A stretch of 37,065 nt of DNA from Oligoflexia bacterium (lineage in GTDB: Bacteria > Bdellovibrionota > UBA1018): the NCBI GenBank assembly GCA_043732485.1, contig JAYTHP010000073.1:1-37065 (forward strand), read 5' to 3'. The position numbers and the translations under genes were made by a program. Shown here in pieces: positions 11,565 to 21,044 of this stretch; position 1 is the first letter of the stretch; each line of letters opens with the position of its first letter. The notes beneath the pieces were generated by a model. It saw nothing but the letters and a program-made list of their open reading frames with translations, made no database searches and was not told the origin of the DNA.

Positions 11565-11817
11565 GCGGCAGACAGTGCCTGAAGGTTCAACACTTTTTTT
11601 AAAACCCGCCCACTCAAAAAACCCAATCCTTTCAAGCACCCTGGCACGAAAGAGCCCCGAAAAACGCTTACGGTATCCTTATTGCATCTCTTTAGGAATA
11701 AACTATCAGACCCTATTCCTAAACGATGCCTCACTCCAGTCATTCTCGCTTTTTGAAAAAGACAGCAAGCAAGAAAAAAGGAGAGACACGGACTGCAGGC
11801 AAGAAACGAAGGTATTT

Positions 11818-13545
11818 ATGTCGAACACTTTTAAAAATTTCAATCCTCTCCACTGGACCAAAACCCTCCCTCAAACGGAGCATAAACCCACCCACCGGTT
11901 GTTTTTAACCATCCTGCTGATGCTAGCTTTTTCCGGATCCGGCTGCAGCAATCAAGCAAGCACCCAGACCTCAACGAAGACGAATCCAGACGGAGGCACG
12001 ACCACCACCCCGACGCTTTCACCTTCGCCTATGGTGAAAAATGCCTTATTTTCACTAAAAATCTCGAGTGTGACCTCCTCAGGTCAGCCGGTAAGCCCCC
12101 CGATCTTCAATCAATCGGTCGGGAATTCCTCGTTAAAATTACAAGCAAGCGGCGTCTATAGCTTTTTGCTGATGGCACCGGACGCCCCCTCGACGCTGAC
12201 TTATACTGTGACGTTGACCAATAACCTTGGGGTAGGCTCGCAAAGCACGACAAGCATCAAGGCTTTTTCTCAGACCTTCACCCTGCTTCCCAATCAACCC
12301 TCCCCGCAGACCATTGCGCTTGCGCCTGGCAGTTACTCCATTAGCGTCGCCTCCAATCCAACCCCCGGCGTGATCCCGGCTAGCAACCTTTTTTCGGCCA
12401 GTGTGAGTTGCAATAGCGTTAATGCCTTTGTTCCCAATCAGGTGCTAGCACCCAATACCCAAATTAACGTGGTGCTAAACACCAACGCCCCACCGGCTGT
12501 CGCCAATCTCTTTGACTTTTACTTGAATAAAGCACCGATCCAAGGCAATGCTGCAGCAAACGTTGCAGGATCGCCTCCCTACTATTGCGCTTGGGACCAC
12601 TCAGGCTTTGGAGTGATTGATGGCCCGTGGGTCAATTGTCAAAATTTTATCGGACAAAACGCTGCCACCACCTTAAACCCGATTGGTGATTACGTGGCCA
12701 CCGCACCCTCAGGCAACAGCCTGGGCAACACGCTGCCTGGACGCAAAGTCACCTTAGAAGTGACCGACTCCTGTTTCTCGACCTTTTACCCGCTCACCCA
12801 GACCATTGCCTTCCCCCAGCCCCCAGCAGGTGCCGCAGCCCTGCCGATGGGAGGTTACTCGTTTCTTGATTTTACGATGATCCCCTCCTCTCCTGCTACC
12901 CTGGTCGGTCTACCCGATGAGCGTTACTGGAATACCGAGATTTTTGCCACCAACCCCCTCAATATGGCCTATGTCGTCGATACCGCCTTGTACCTGCCTA
13001 ATCAGCTTCCTTCTGACCTAACGACCCTGACCCCAAAATTTACAAAGCAGACCCTATCCTTGAATCAATACGTTAATATCCCTTACGGCTCAGGCGGAGA
13101 AAAGCAGGTCTACACTGCCGCCCTCAGCATTCCTAACTTGCTCAATTATGACTTCAACTCAGGACAGCTCACTTTCGCAAGCGGAAGTAACCTTGGAACC
13201 AACATGACCCTGAGTTACTCCAGTATCTCAGACGCCATCCTCGGCACCTCAATCGGTTTCGGGGGCACCACGGGCGGGCCGCAGACGACTTGCACCTACA
13301 GCATGTCAGAGCCTACCTACGCACCAAGCCCCACCGTGCTTTCTATTCCTTGCACCGGTCCTGCCACAGACACCTCGCTCGTGTTTGCCACCAATCTGGA
13401 ACTGGGAGGGACGTTTAGCTGTAACCCGGTCACGATCAATGGCCACACAATGTCTGTGCAAGGCTCCTTTAACGGCTTCCCGGGCAACCTGACCTTAGAC
13501 TGCCCGCTACCAGGCCCACCAGGACCGACGCTGACGAACAAATAA
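11818..13545 (+). CDS. Large surface lipoprotein, S/T/N/P-rich, with Ig/PKD-like segments
   Basis: ATG 11818 with a GAAGGT SD. Leader LFLTILLMLAFSGSG-C. PKD-like YYCAWDHSGFG and KVTLEVTD motifs, and paired Cys. Confidence 0.7.
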   Translation: MSNTFKNFNPLHWTKTLPQTEHKPTHRLFLTILLMLAFSGSGCSNQASTQTSTKTNPDGGTTTTPTLSPSPMVKNALFSLKISSVTSSGQPVSPPIFNQSVGNSSLKLQASGVYSFLLMAPDAPSTLTYTVTLTNNLGVGSQSTTSIKAFSQTFTLLPNQPSPQTIALAPGSYSISVASNPTPGVIPASNLFSASVSCNSVNAFVPNQVLAPNTQINVVLNTNAPPAVANLFDFYLNKAPIQGNAAANVAGSPPYYCAWDHSGFGVIDGPWVNCQNFIGQNAATTLNPIGDYVATAPSGNSLGNTLPGRKVTLEVTDSCFSTFYPLTQTIAFPQPPAGAAALPMGGYSFLDFTMIPSSPATLVGLPDERYWNTEIFATNPLNMAYVVDTALYLPNQLPSDLTTLTPKFTKQTLSLNQYVNIPYGSGGEKQVYTAALSIPNLLNYDFNSGQLTFASGSNLGTNMTLSYSSISDAILGTSIGFGGTTGGPQTTCTYSMSEPTYAPSPTVLSIPCTGPATDTSLVFATNLELGGTFSCNPVTINGHTMSVQGSFNGFPGNLTLDCPLPGPPGPTLTNK

Positions 13546-13961
13546 GCTCAGGCCTCGAAAACCTCCTCCCTCCCCACCCCTTATTGGAGGAGTCAGGAAA
13601 ACTAACACTCGATGCGATGACCGACCGCCTGCAAGAGCAGTTCCCTTTGGGGGCTCTGGCGCGCGGCCGGTCATCAACTTTAACAACTGCCACGCTCGCT
13701 GTTGGTCGTTGATTTTTCTAAAAATACCTTTCAAAATACTTCTCAAAAGACTGCTCGCTGCGACTGCCCTCATTCACGCATCAGAGCCAGGACTGTGCTC
13801 CGCGTTCGGCTAAGGAGGCCAAGAAAGCTCACCCCGCGCGCTCAAGAGCAGTCGGAGTGTAAAAACCATCCGATGAAACTTAAAATAATAAAAAAATAGC
13901 TTATTTTTAATTATCCTAGGCTTTGTTTTTGGAATAGGCTTGGAGACTTTTGGAAAAACTG

Positions 13962-13970
13962 TGTTAAACT
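13962..13970 (+). promoter_or_regulatory. Putative extended -10 promoter (TGtTAAACT) for the VWA lipoprotein operon
   Basis: TG at 13962-63 and TAAACT at 13965-70, 10 nt before ATG 13981. No good -35 box and no SD. Confidence 0.35.
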
Positions 13971-13980
13971 CAAGAAAGTA

Positions 13981-16113
13981 ATGCCAAGATCCATCTTATT
14001 CACCCAGCGTAGACCCACCACAACAAGGGCCATTCACCTGGCTAACCACCCAACACCGAACCGCCGCCGCGAACTGGGCCGCCTCTGGTCCGGAGTCCTG
14101 TCCGGTGTCTTCTGCGGAGTCCTGGGTTCAGGCGGACTTTTCGGCTGCAAAGCCCCCCTGAACCCGCTGGGGGCGCTCAGTGTTGGGATCATTGCTTCGC
14201 CCCGCCCGCCTGAAAATGTCCAGGTGAACTTCTGTACGGACCCGCCGCAAAAAGAGATCATTCAAGTCAAGTATTTGTTTTTAATCGACCATTCTGGCAG
14301 CAATAGCCAGAACCTGATCATTGACCAGTGCACGGGCTTTGTTGAGACCAACTTTAACCCGAGAGGGAGCGGCGTCCCTGCAGGTAGCAACTGTGAACTC
14401 AACCCCCAGAACAATCAATTTTGTACCGTCCAGCCGCCCACGGCCGTCCCTCCCCAATGCCCCAGCATCCAGCCCACCCCCTGCCCCACGGTCGGTTGCT
14501 CGCCTGTGGCTGCGATTAATAGTTACGTGCTGCCCAACCCCGATAACAACCTTTACGCCACTGACCCAAAAGGAACGTTTCGTTACCCGAGCATTATCGA
14601 ATTTGTGCAAGCCGTACAAAGCTCCTCGTTTGCCAAAAACACCGCTTTTGCCTTAATCGATTTCTCTTCCTCCGTGAGCACTTATCCGAGCAGTGGTGGC
14701 ACCCAGCCAGGAGCGACCCTAGGCTTTGAAACCAATCTCAGTAATTTCATCTGCCAGCTGCAAGCCGACCAAATGGGAATTAGCCCTTTTCCCCCGACCG
14801 TCGTCTGCCCCCCCCAGTTTCAAGCTCTTAATCCGGGTGGCGGATCCACCGATTACATTGGCGCCTTACAGGCCGCCCAGCAAATCATCACAGCCGATAT
14901 CCCGACACTCACTCAACCTACCGACTATGTGCTGATCTTTATCAGCGACGGCGCACCCATCGTCGGTTTTTCCAACGGCAATGGCTTCCAGCCGCTGTTT
15001 GCCAACTACGAATCTCAAACGCAAATCAATGGAATCATTCAGCAACTCATTGACTTAAAGAAAAACAGCGGCACCTACCTCGATAACATTAACCTTTTTA
15101 CTTACTATTACTTCGCGGCAGGCAACAAAGACTTGCAAGGCCAAGCGCTGCTCAAGTCTATGGCACAAACCGGCCTGGGACTGAGTTACGATCTTAATAG
15201 CGGAGAAAAACTCGACTTTTCGCAATTCTTACCCACGGCGCGAAACGTTTCTAAGTCTTTACTGAATGTGACAGTCACCAATAAGAACGTCAGTTACTGG
15301 CAAGGACCGCCGCTCAGTGCCGCCACTCAAGGACAACCGCTCTTAGACAGCGACGGTGATGGCATCCCCGATAGCGTTGAGGTCTTGCTCGGCTCAGATC
15401 CTTTTCAAGCTGACTCTGATGGCAACGGGGTATCGGATCTAGTGGAATACCGCTTAAACGGCTCACCTTGCGCAGGGCTCAGCCAAGGAGCAGGCTGCGC
15501 TCAGGCTGCTGCCACCCATTACCAGACGCTCTCGAAGCCCAACGTCCCCAATTGCGCGGCCTTAACTCCCTTGCCGAGCGCGTCTCCGGGAGGCCCACTG
15601 ATTTTCGCCGACACTGATCATGATGGCTTAAACGATTGCGAGGAGACGCTTCTGGGGAATCACGCCGGGATCAACAACCCGAGCTCCAACGGCAGTAACC
15701 TCTCAGACTGGCTGCTTTTTAAGAACAACGTCAATTTTCAAACCGGTACGCAGCCCGCCATTACGGTGCCTGATGCGAGCGGTAAGAGCATTTTTGATCT
15801 CATTCGCGCCAATCTCCCCGTCGGCATACCCTATCAAGAAATCATTCACCCCCAGCCGGCGCTTTACGCCTTGCAAACGATCAGCAGCTCGCTCACCCAA
15901 AGCTGCTTTCAACTCAACGTCTCAAACCTGCCGACCATCGGACCCAATAACCAGGTGATGGTAGAAGTCATGCTCTCCGATTCGCTCGGCAAACTGCATT
16001 ATCGCAAGGGCCTGAAAGCCTTCGCAGGCAACTCGCTGGTACTGAAATTTAACGACTGGAACGACCAGGCGGAGAAAACCTTAGGAACCTGGACGCAATG
16101 GGATCAACCGTAA
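13981..16113 (+). CDS. VWA-domain lipoprotein with thrombospondin type-3-like DxDxDG repeats (Myxococcus MtsB/MtsD-like)
   Basis: Lipobox LFG-C. NFCTDPP...KYLFLIDHSGS (MIDAS DxSxS), TDPKG, STDY, FISDG. Repeats DSDGDGIPD, DSDGNGVSD, DTDHDGLNDCEE. C-terminal CFQLNVSNL. Confidence 0.8.
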   Translation: MPRSILFTQRRPTTTRAIHLANHPTPNRRRELGRLWSGVLSGVFCGVLGSGGLFGCKAPLNPLGALSVGIIASPRPPENVQVNFCTDPPQKEIIQVKYLFLIDHSGSNSQNLIIDQCTGFVETNFNPRGSGVPAGSNCELNPQNNQFCTVQPPTAVPPQCPSIQPTPCPTVGCSPVAAINSYVLPNPDNNLYATDPKGTFRYPSIIEFVQAVQSSSFAKNTAFALIDFSSSVSTYPSSGGTQPGATLGFETNLSNFICQLQADQMGISPFPPTVVCPPQFQALNPGGGSTDYIGALQAAQQIITADIPTLTQPTDYVLIFISDGAPIVGFSNGNGFQPLFANYESQTQINGIIQQLIDLKKNSGTYLDNINLFTYYYFAAGNKDLQGQALLKSMAQTGLGLSYDLNSGEKLDFSQFLPTARNVSKSLLNVTVTNKNVSYWQGPPLSAATQGQPLLDSDGDGIPDSVEVLLGSDPFQADSDGNGVSDLVEYRLNGSPCAGLSQGAGCAQAAATHYQTLSKPNVPNCAALTPLPSASPGGPLIFADTDHDGLNDCEETLLGNHAGINNPSSNGSNLSDWLLFKNNVNFQTGTQPAITVPDASGKSIFDLIRANLPVGIPYQEIIHPQPALYALQTISSSLTQSCFQLNVSNLPTIGPNNQVMVEVMLSDSLGKLHYRKGLKAFAGNSLVLKFNDWNDQAEKTLGTWTQWDQP

Positions 16114-17207
16114 GCGCCGCCTCACCCCACCCCACTCGCATCCCCGCCACCCGAACCGAAGGCAGGGGCGTAATCCGGCTAAACCGCTTGCAACCCATGT
16201 TTTTGGTCTTGCTGCTGAGCGGCGTTATCGCTAGCTGCTCCTCCCCTGCCACCCCGCCGCTTGCCCCGCTCCCCAGCGGAACGCCGCTTCCTGCCCCTTC
16301 GCCTTCCGTCTCCTTAACCATCACCCACTATACCCCCCAAGCAGGGAAAACTTGGGTCGATTACTTCGTCTCCAACTTCTCCGTCCTGTTGGAAAACCAG
16401 CAACTGGTTTACAGCTCTGCGCGCGATGGGCTCAGTGACACCTTCAAGACGCAGCAAAACGCGTTTTACGGCTTTCTACCCAACTCCCCTTATAGCAATC
16501 CTGGGGCTTTTTTTTCTGATTTGATCCTTTTTCAGCTCGGGATCACCACCCAGCTGCAATCGGCGCTCTGGTGCCCGTCAGGCTTTCAAAACAGCGCACA
16601 CGACGCCTTGATTTATGCCGATGATCGCAACCCCAATCCGCAACCGAGCGTCTTTTTAGGACTCAACGACTGTGAAAAATCAACCTTACAGCTCAATCCG
16701 ACTTTAGTGAGCTTCTCGCAAGACGGCTTACCCGACTACCTCAAGGTGCGCTGTGGACTCAACCCCTTAAGCAGTTCCCAGTCGCAACTCTCACCGGCAG
16801 GCGACGGCCTTAGTAACTATGAAAAATGCAAACGACACCTGCCCCTACGAGAAAATGGCCTCAGTCCCGTCAGTCAAGCCTACGCCTACGACTACTCAAA
16901 AGTGATTAACCCCGATGCCAGTTACGACCTGCAAGTCAACAATATTGCTATCCTCAATCAGGGAGTCGATAATTTTCTAGCCATCTACATCATCGAAAGC
17001 GACGCGCAAAAAAATCTCAGCCTCGCCTCAGCCTACCTCCTCGTAAACCAGGTCACAACGAGCACGGCACTGAGCTTTCCGTACTGGGGAAAATCCGTCT
17101 CAGCGCAAGCGTCGCCCCCAGTAGTGGGCGGAGCGACTTCCCCGTCACCGCAGCCTAGTCTTTTACCTGCTGCTGCCCCCTTAACCAACGTGAGGCTATT
17201 TCCATGA
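16098..17207 (+). CDS. Lipoprotein paralogous to the C-terminal (TSP3-like plus beta) half of its neighbours, lacking the VWA domain
   Basis: Lipobox VIAS-C (alternative start ATG 16197). RDGLSD, GLNDCEK, QDGLPDY, GDGLSNYE, YDLQVNNI. Overlaps both flanking genes. Confidence 0.75.
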   Translation: MGSTVSAASPHPTRIPATRTEGRGVIRLNRLQPMFLVLLLSGVIASCSSPATPPLAPLPSGTPLPAPSPSVSLTITHYTPQAGKTWVDYFVSNFSVLLENQQLVYSSARDGLSDTFKTQQNAFYGFLPNSPYSNPGAFFSDLILFQLGITTQLQSALWCPSGFQNSAHDALIYADDRNPNPQPSVFLGLNDCEKSTLQLNPTLVSFSQDGLPDYLKVRCGLNPLSSSQSQLSPAGDGLSNYEKCKRHLPLRENGLSPVSQAYAYDYSKVINPDASYDLQVNNIAILNQGVDNFLAIYIIESDAQKNLSLASAYLLVNQVTTSTALSFPYWGKSVSAQASPPVVGGATSPSPQPSLLPAAAPLTNVRLFP

Positions 17208-19060
17208 GCAAAAAGCTGCCTGCTCAGCCCAGGCATCAGCCTGCCACCCGTCGCTGGCAGTTTTTCATCAGTAGTTTCAGGCGCCGGGTCATGAAAAGCA
17301 CTATCTCCAGCGTCTTCCTCACCGGCTTACTCACCGGTTGCGGCCAGAACACCTTGACCCCACTTGCGCTCGCGCCAAACTCACAAATCGTGCCCTCCAA
17401 CTTCATTGAGGTGAGCGCAAACTTCTGTACCCGGCCTCGGCAACCGGTCAAAAGCCTAACGAAGTATCTCTTCCTGATCGATCAATCGCTCTACAACTCC
17501 ACCCCGATCAATTTACCGGACAACCCTGTGAATACCTTTCCGCCCGATTTTGCCCCAGCCGACCCTCAAGGCTTTAGCCGCTTTGGTCCGCTGGTGGAGT
17601 TCACCCAGGCGGTGCAAGCGATGAACAACCCGAGTGCCATCACGCTTTGGAACGCCATCGGCTTTAACACCTTCGCCGCACCCAAAGCCAACTCGTCTGG
17701 CTCAGACATTACCGGGCTCTTCACCAACGTCAACGGTAACTTTACTGCCGCATGTCCCAATAGCCTATTTTTGACTCCCAAAGATTTCTTGCCCTGCTTA
17801 CAAGCCAACTGGTGGGGACGCTCCGTGCCGTTTGGTCCCGTGCCGCCACTGCCTGCCGATGAAGGCTGGACCGACTATATCGGAGCCCTCACCACCGCCC
17901 AAATGCTCATCACCCGCGACCTTAATTCCAACACTGCCACCCCTGGAACTGCCAACCTTAAGCCGACCTACCAAGTGTTCTTCATCTCAGGCGGCATGCC
18001 CTTTACCCTGCTCAACAATCCTAACACCCATTTTGCGAATGGCCAGCCGCTCAGTCAAATCACTACCGCCATTCAGGATCTACTGCAACTCCCTAGCCAA
18101 TTTGCTATCCCTTTCCAGGTCAACTTCCATACCGCCTACTACCCACCTACAGGTCAAGTCGGGCAGCCCATCCCGCAGGTCATTCAACTCCTCAAAGACA
18201 TGGCGCAAGTCTCACAAGGCCTTTTCATTAACTTAGGTGCCGCCCAAAACAACACCTACTTCCCACTCACCCCAACCCAATTCAACTTGCGCTCGCAACT
18301 CGTCGATATCTTTCTAGAAAATAGAAACCTCGTTTGGTGGAACGACGGTCGCTTGCTGCTCGATTCCGACGGCGACGGTCTGCCTGATCTCTTAGAAACC
18401 CCAGCAGGCTCCAACCCAAATTTGCCAGACAGTGACGGCAACGGTGTGTCTGATTACGTCGAATACCGCTTGAACGGTAAACCCTGCAACGACCCGCAAT
18501 GCGCCAAGAACAACGCCAACGCCTTTGGCGTCTGCTCAGGCTTAAATCCCATCACCAGCGCAAACGGCACCACCTATCCAGATAGCGACAACGATGGCTT
18601 GAACGATTGCGAAGAAACGCTCCTCAAGGCTAACCTCAATCAGTTCAGCACGCCTGCAAACATGATTCCTGACTTTCTGGCCTTAAAAAACTGGATCCCC
18701 ATCCAGCCCTCCTCCCTGGGTGCCTTCGCAATCCCCTTTAGCGATCTGCTCACGCCCTATCTGAAACTAAAATACGATCTTCCCACCTCGATTGACACCA
18801 GCCAGTCGGCCTCCTCAACCACCACCTACACCAGACGCAGCAGTGAGCTCAGCCTGGTGAGCTCGCCTAACGTCGATCAAGATTGCTACCAAATGCTGTT
18901 TCACTCAGTCAACACCTTGAATTTCCCTGCCACCCTCAAAATCCATCTAATCGAAAACGCCTCCCTCACGCAAGACACCCCCGTGCTGCGCACCGCGGAA
19001 AAAACCCTACCAAGCAAGAACGCTCAGCGACTTGACTTCGTGCCCAGTGACTTTAATTAA
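17204..19060 (+). CDS. Second VWA + TSP3-like lipoprotein (Mts-like) with a degenerate MIDAS
   Basis: ATGA overlap with the upstream gene. Lipobox LLTG-C. NFCTRP...KYLFLIDQSLY, WTDY, FISGG. DSDGDGLPD, DSDGNGVSD, DSDNDGLNDCEE. Confidence 0.8.
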   Translation: MSKKLPAQPRHQPATRRWQFFISSFRRRVMKSTISSVFLTGLLTGCGQNTLTPLALAPNSQIVPSNFIEVSANFCTRPRQPVKSLTKYLFLIDQSLYNSTPINLPDNPVNTFPPDFAPADPQGFSRFGPLVEFTQAVQAMNNPSAITLWNAIGFNTFAAPKANSSGSDITGLFTNVNGNFTAACPNSLFLTPKDFLPCLQANWWGRSVPFGPVPPLPADEGWTDYIGALTTAQMLITRDLNSNTATPGTANLKPTYQVFFISGGMPFTLLNNPNTHFANGQPLSQITTAIQDLLQLPSQFAIPFQVNFHTAYYPPTGQVGQPIPQVIQLLKDMAQVSQGLFINLGAAQNNTYFPLTPTQFNLRSQLVDIFLENRNLVWWNDGRLLLDSDGDGLPDLLETPAGSNPNLPDSDGNGVSDYVEYRLNGKPCNDPQCAKNNANAFGVCSGLNPITSANGTTYPDSDNDGLNDCEETLLKANLNQFSTPANMIPDFLALKNWIPIQPSSLGAFAIPFSDLLTPYLKLKYDLPTSIDTSQSASSTTTYTRRSSELSLVSSPNVDQDCYQMLFHSVNTLNFPATLKIHLIENASLTQDTPVLRTAEKTLPSKNAQRLDFVPSDFN

Positions 19061-19144
19061 CCCCTCAAACGCCCAGGAAAGCAGCGCAATCGCAAAAACC
19101 ATATAATACAATAAATTCGGTTACTTAAAAATATTTAATTCATT

Positions 19145-19173
19145 TTTACATTTTTTATTACCTCTGATAAACT
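19145..19173 (+). promoter_or_regulatory. Putative sigma70 promoter TTTACA-17-TAAACT with extended -10 TG
   Basis: TTTACA at 19145-50, TG at 19165-66, TAAACT at 19168-73, in an AT-rich intergenic region. Confidence 0.55.
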
Positions 19174-19219
19174 ATTACAAAGGAGATGGGAAAGATAGAT
19201 ATACCTCCCCCTAAAGCCT

Positions 19220-19561
19220 ATGTCGCAATCAACCCTCATGCCTGCTTTGCTGCCTCCCCTCACCCCACGTCAAGAGGCTTGCAACAAGAGGTACGCTTAT
19301 TACCGAACATCAAGCGCCTCTCAGCCCATCAGCCGCTCTTCCCTGGCTACGCTCACGCTCTTGCTCGCTTTCCTCACCGCGCCTGTGCTCACTCCCCTGG
19401 CTTGGGCCGCACCCGGCGCCAAAGAGATTCAAAAGCCGCTTGAGATCTCCGGAGCGTCGCGCAAGTTTAGTCTCAGCCTGACGCTTAAAAGCAATAAGGA
19501 CCAACTCGAGACCCGCGTGCGCACTCAGTACCGCGACAAATTTAATCGGGTGAATTTCTAA
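19220..19561 (+). CDS. Small secreted protein, GltF/CglF-like
   Basis: Signal ending in LAWA. The short mature peptide LEISGASRKFSLSLTLKSNKDQLETRVRTQYRDKF resembles the GltF pattern (IeG...R..F/Y). It lies next to a glt-like cluster. Confidence 0.5.
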   Translation: MSQSTLMPALLPPLTPRQEACNKRYAYYRTSSASQPISRSSLATLTLLLAFLTAPVLTPLAWAAPGAKEIQKPLEISGASRKFSLSLTLKSNKDQLETRVRTQYRDKFNRVNF

Positions 19562-19844
19562 CCCGATCCTAAGGCAGCTTTAGTTCTTGGCTCTGCCTTG
19601 AGCAAGTAGCCCCGGGTTCAACCCCGGGAGAGCGAGGCTCTTTGCAGCCGTGAGCGCCCTGCCGTTACGCCTAACCAGTCAGTGCTGATCAACCGTGATC
19701 ATCTCTCAGAGACCTCTCAAGACCCAGCATCAATTTTTTGCCCTATTCTCACTGATTTCAAATAAAAAAAGTGAAACTGTCAATTTCCACTTAACGGCAG
19801 TGAGCTCACTCTGTTAGGGCTTCACCGCCATACATCAATCGCTA

Positions 19845-20910
19845 AAAAAAAAACTTTTTGCGCTACTCTAGCTCTTGCACCTCGTGCTGCTGACCCTCAA
19901 CGCTGCCCAGCAGCAAGGGATCACTGCGGTCGCGTTAGATCACTTCTCCAGGCTACCTTTAGCATTGATTGAAACTCAGCTCTATCCGAGCCTCAGCGTG
20001 CCTGAAATCATCCACTTTGCTATCACGAATCGACGCTGCAGACTGAAGCTGCCTGACTACTTTCAAGAGCTCCAGAAAAAAAAATACCGACTTATTCAAC
20101 ATAATTATCGGGGACCGGGAGTGGGTCAGCTATTTTCAAGATAGAGGGAATTTAAATAGGATAGAAAAATTAGATCTCTCTGGCTCGACTTTTAACCTCA
20201 GCTTGCTTTGCCTGCTTCCCAAAAATCTCAGCCAATTAAAGTTATCAGGCGTCAGGCACTTTAATGGCACACTCTTTGGCGAAAGGGGCGCACAAGCTCT
20301 AGGTCTAGTCTTAGCTAATCACAAAAAGCTGACTGTTTTGTTTCTGAACGACAACCATTTGGGACCAGAAGTAGTCTAAAATTTAAATATAAAATTATTA
20401 ATAAATTTAACCCAGTTGATCCTTTCTGGAAATCCGCTCGGACCAACGGTCATCGAAAGACTGAACCGAAAAAATATTAAAAAATTAAGACTTTTCAACA
20501 ACTATTTTAGGATCGAAGGAGTTCGCACACTCAGCTCATAATAAACATTAAATTATTTAAGTATACTGATTCTCGTAACGAACAATTTAGGCGTAGCAGG
20601 AGTGCAAGCACTCAACTTAAACTTGTTATCTAGGTTGGCTATTTTGGATTTGGGATCAGAGGGCTTACAAGCCATCGACTTAAGCGCTTTGAAGCATTTA
20701 AGTCATCTCGGTCTAGGCAACAATCAGCCAGGAGTCCAAGGACTACGCGCACTCAACGTATCAGATATTTTTCCTCACCTTCGCAGATTAACAAAGACTT
20801 GTCTTTTTTGCAGGCCACGGAAACCTCTTCCCCTGCGACCATCAGGACCTGAAAAACCTCCTACCAAAGGACTGCGATCATCATGCCCGTTAATTTACCT
20901 GGACGCTTAG
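19845..20910 (+). pseudogene. Decayed signal peptide + F-box-like + ribonuclease-inhibitor-type leucine-rich-repeat protein
   Basis: KKKLFALL*LLHLVLL (TAG at 19869). F-box-like FSRLPLALIETQLYPSLSVPEIIHFAITNRRCR. Frameshift most simply placed in the A9 run at 20076-20084. LRRs LTVLFLNDNHLGPE, LTQLILSGNPLGPT, LILVTNNLGVAG, LSHLGLGNNQPGVQG. In-frame TAA at 20377, 20539 and 20542. AT-rich. Confidence 0.85.
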
Positions 20911-21044
20911 CTTAGAATGAGAGTAGGCCCCCTTGGGTAGCAAATTAATTAGCGGCTGACACACAAGGGTGCACCGCTCGTAGCTCACGTGAGCGGCGTG
21001 CAAGGCCTAAGGAAAAATTGTAAGACAATGGGTAAGGAAAACCG

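Noticed and set aside
11575..11817. N-terminal 81 codons of the 656-aa ORF
   Set aside because: A better start exists at ATG 11818, with an SD and closer to the lipoprotein signal.
19606..19628. GTAGCCCCGGGTTCAACCCCGGG as a tRNA T-arm, att site or REP element
   Set aside because: No cloverleaf around it, a single copy in the window, and no integrase or RAYT gene. Only a short hairpin is supportable.
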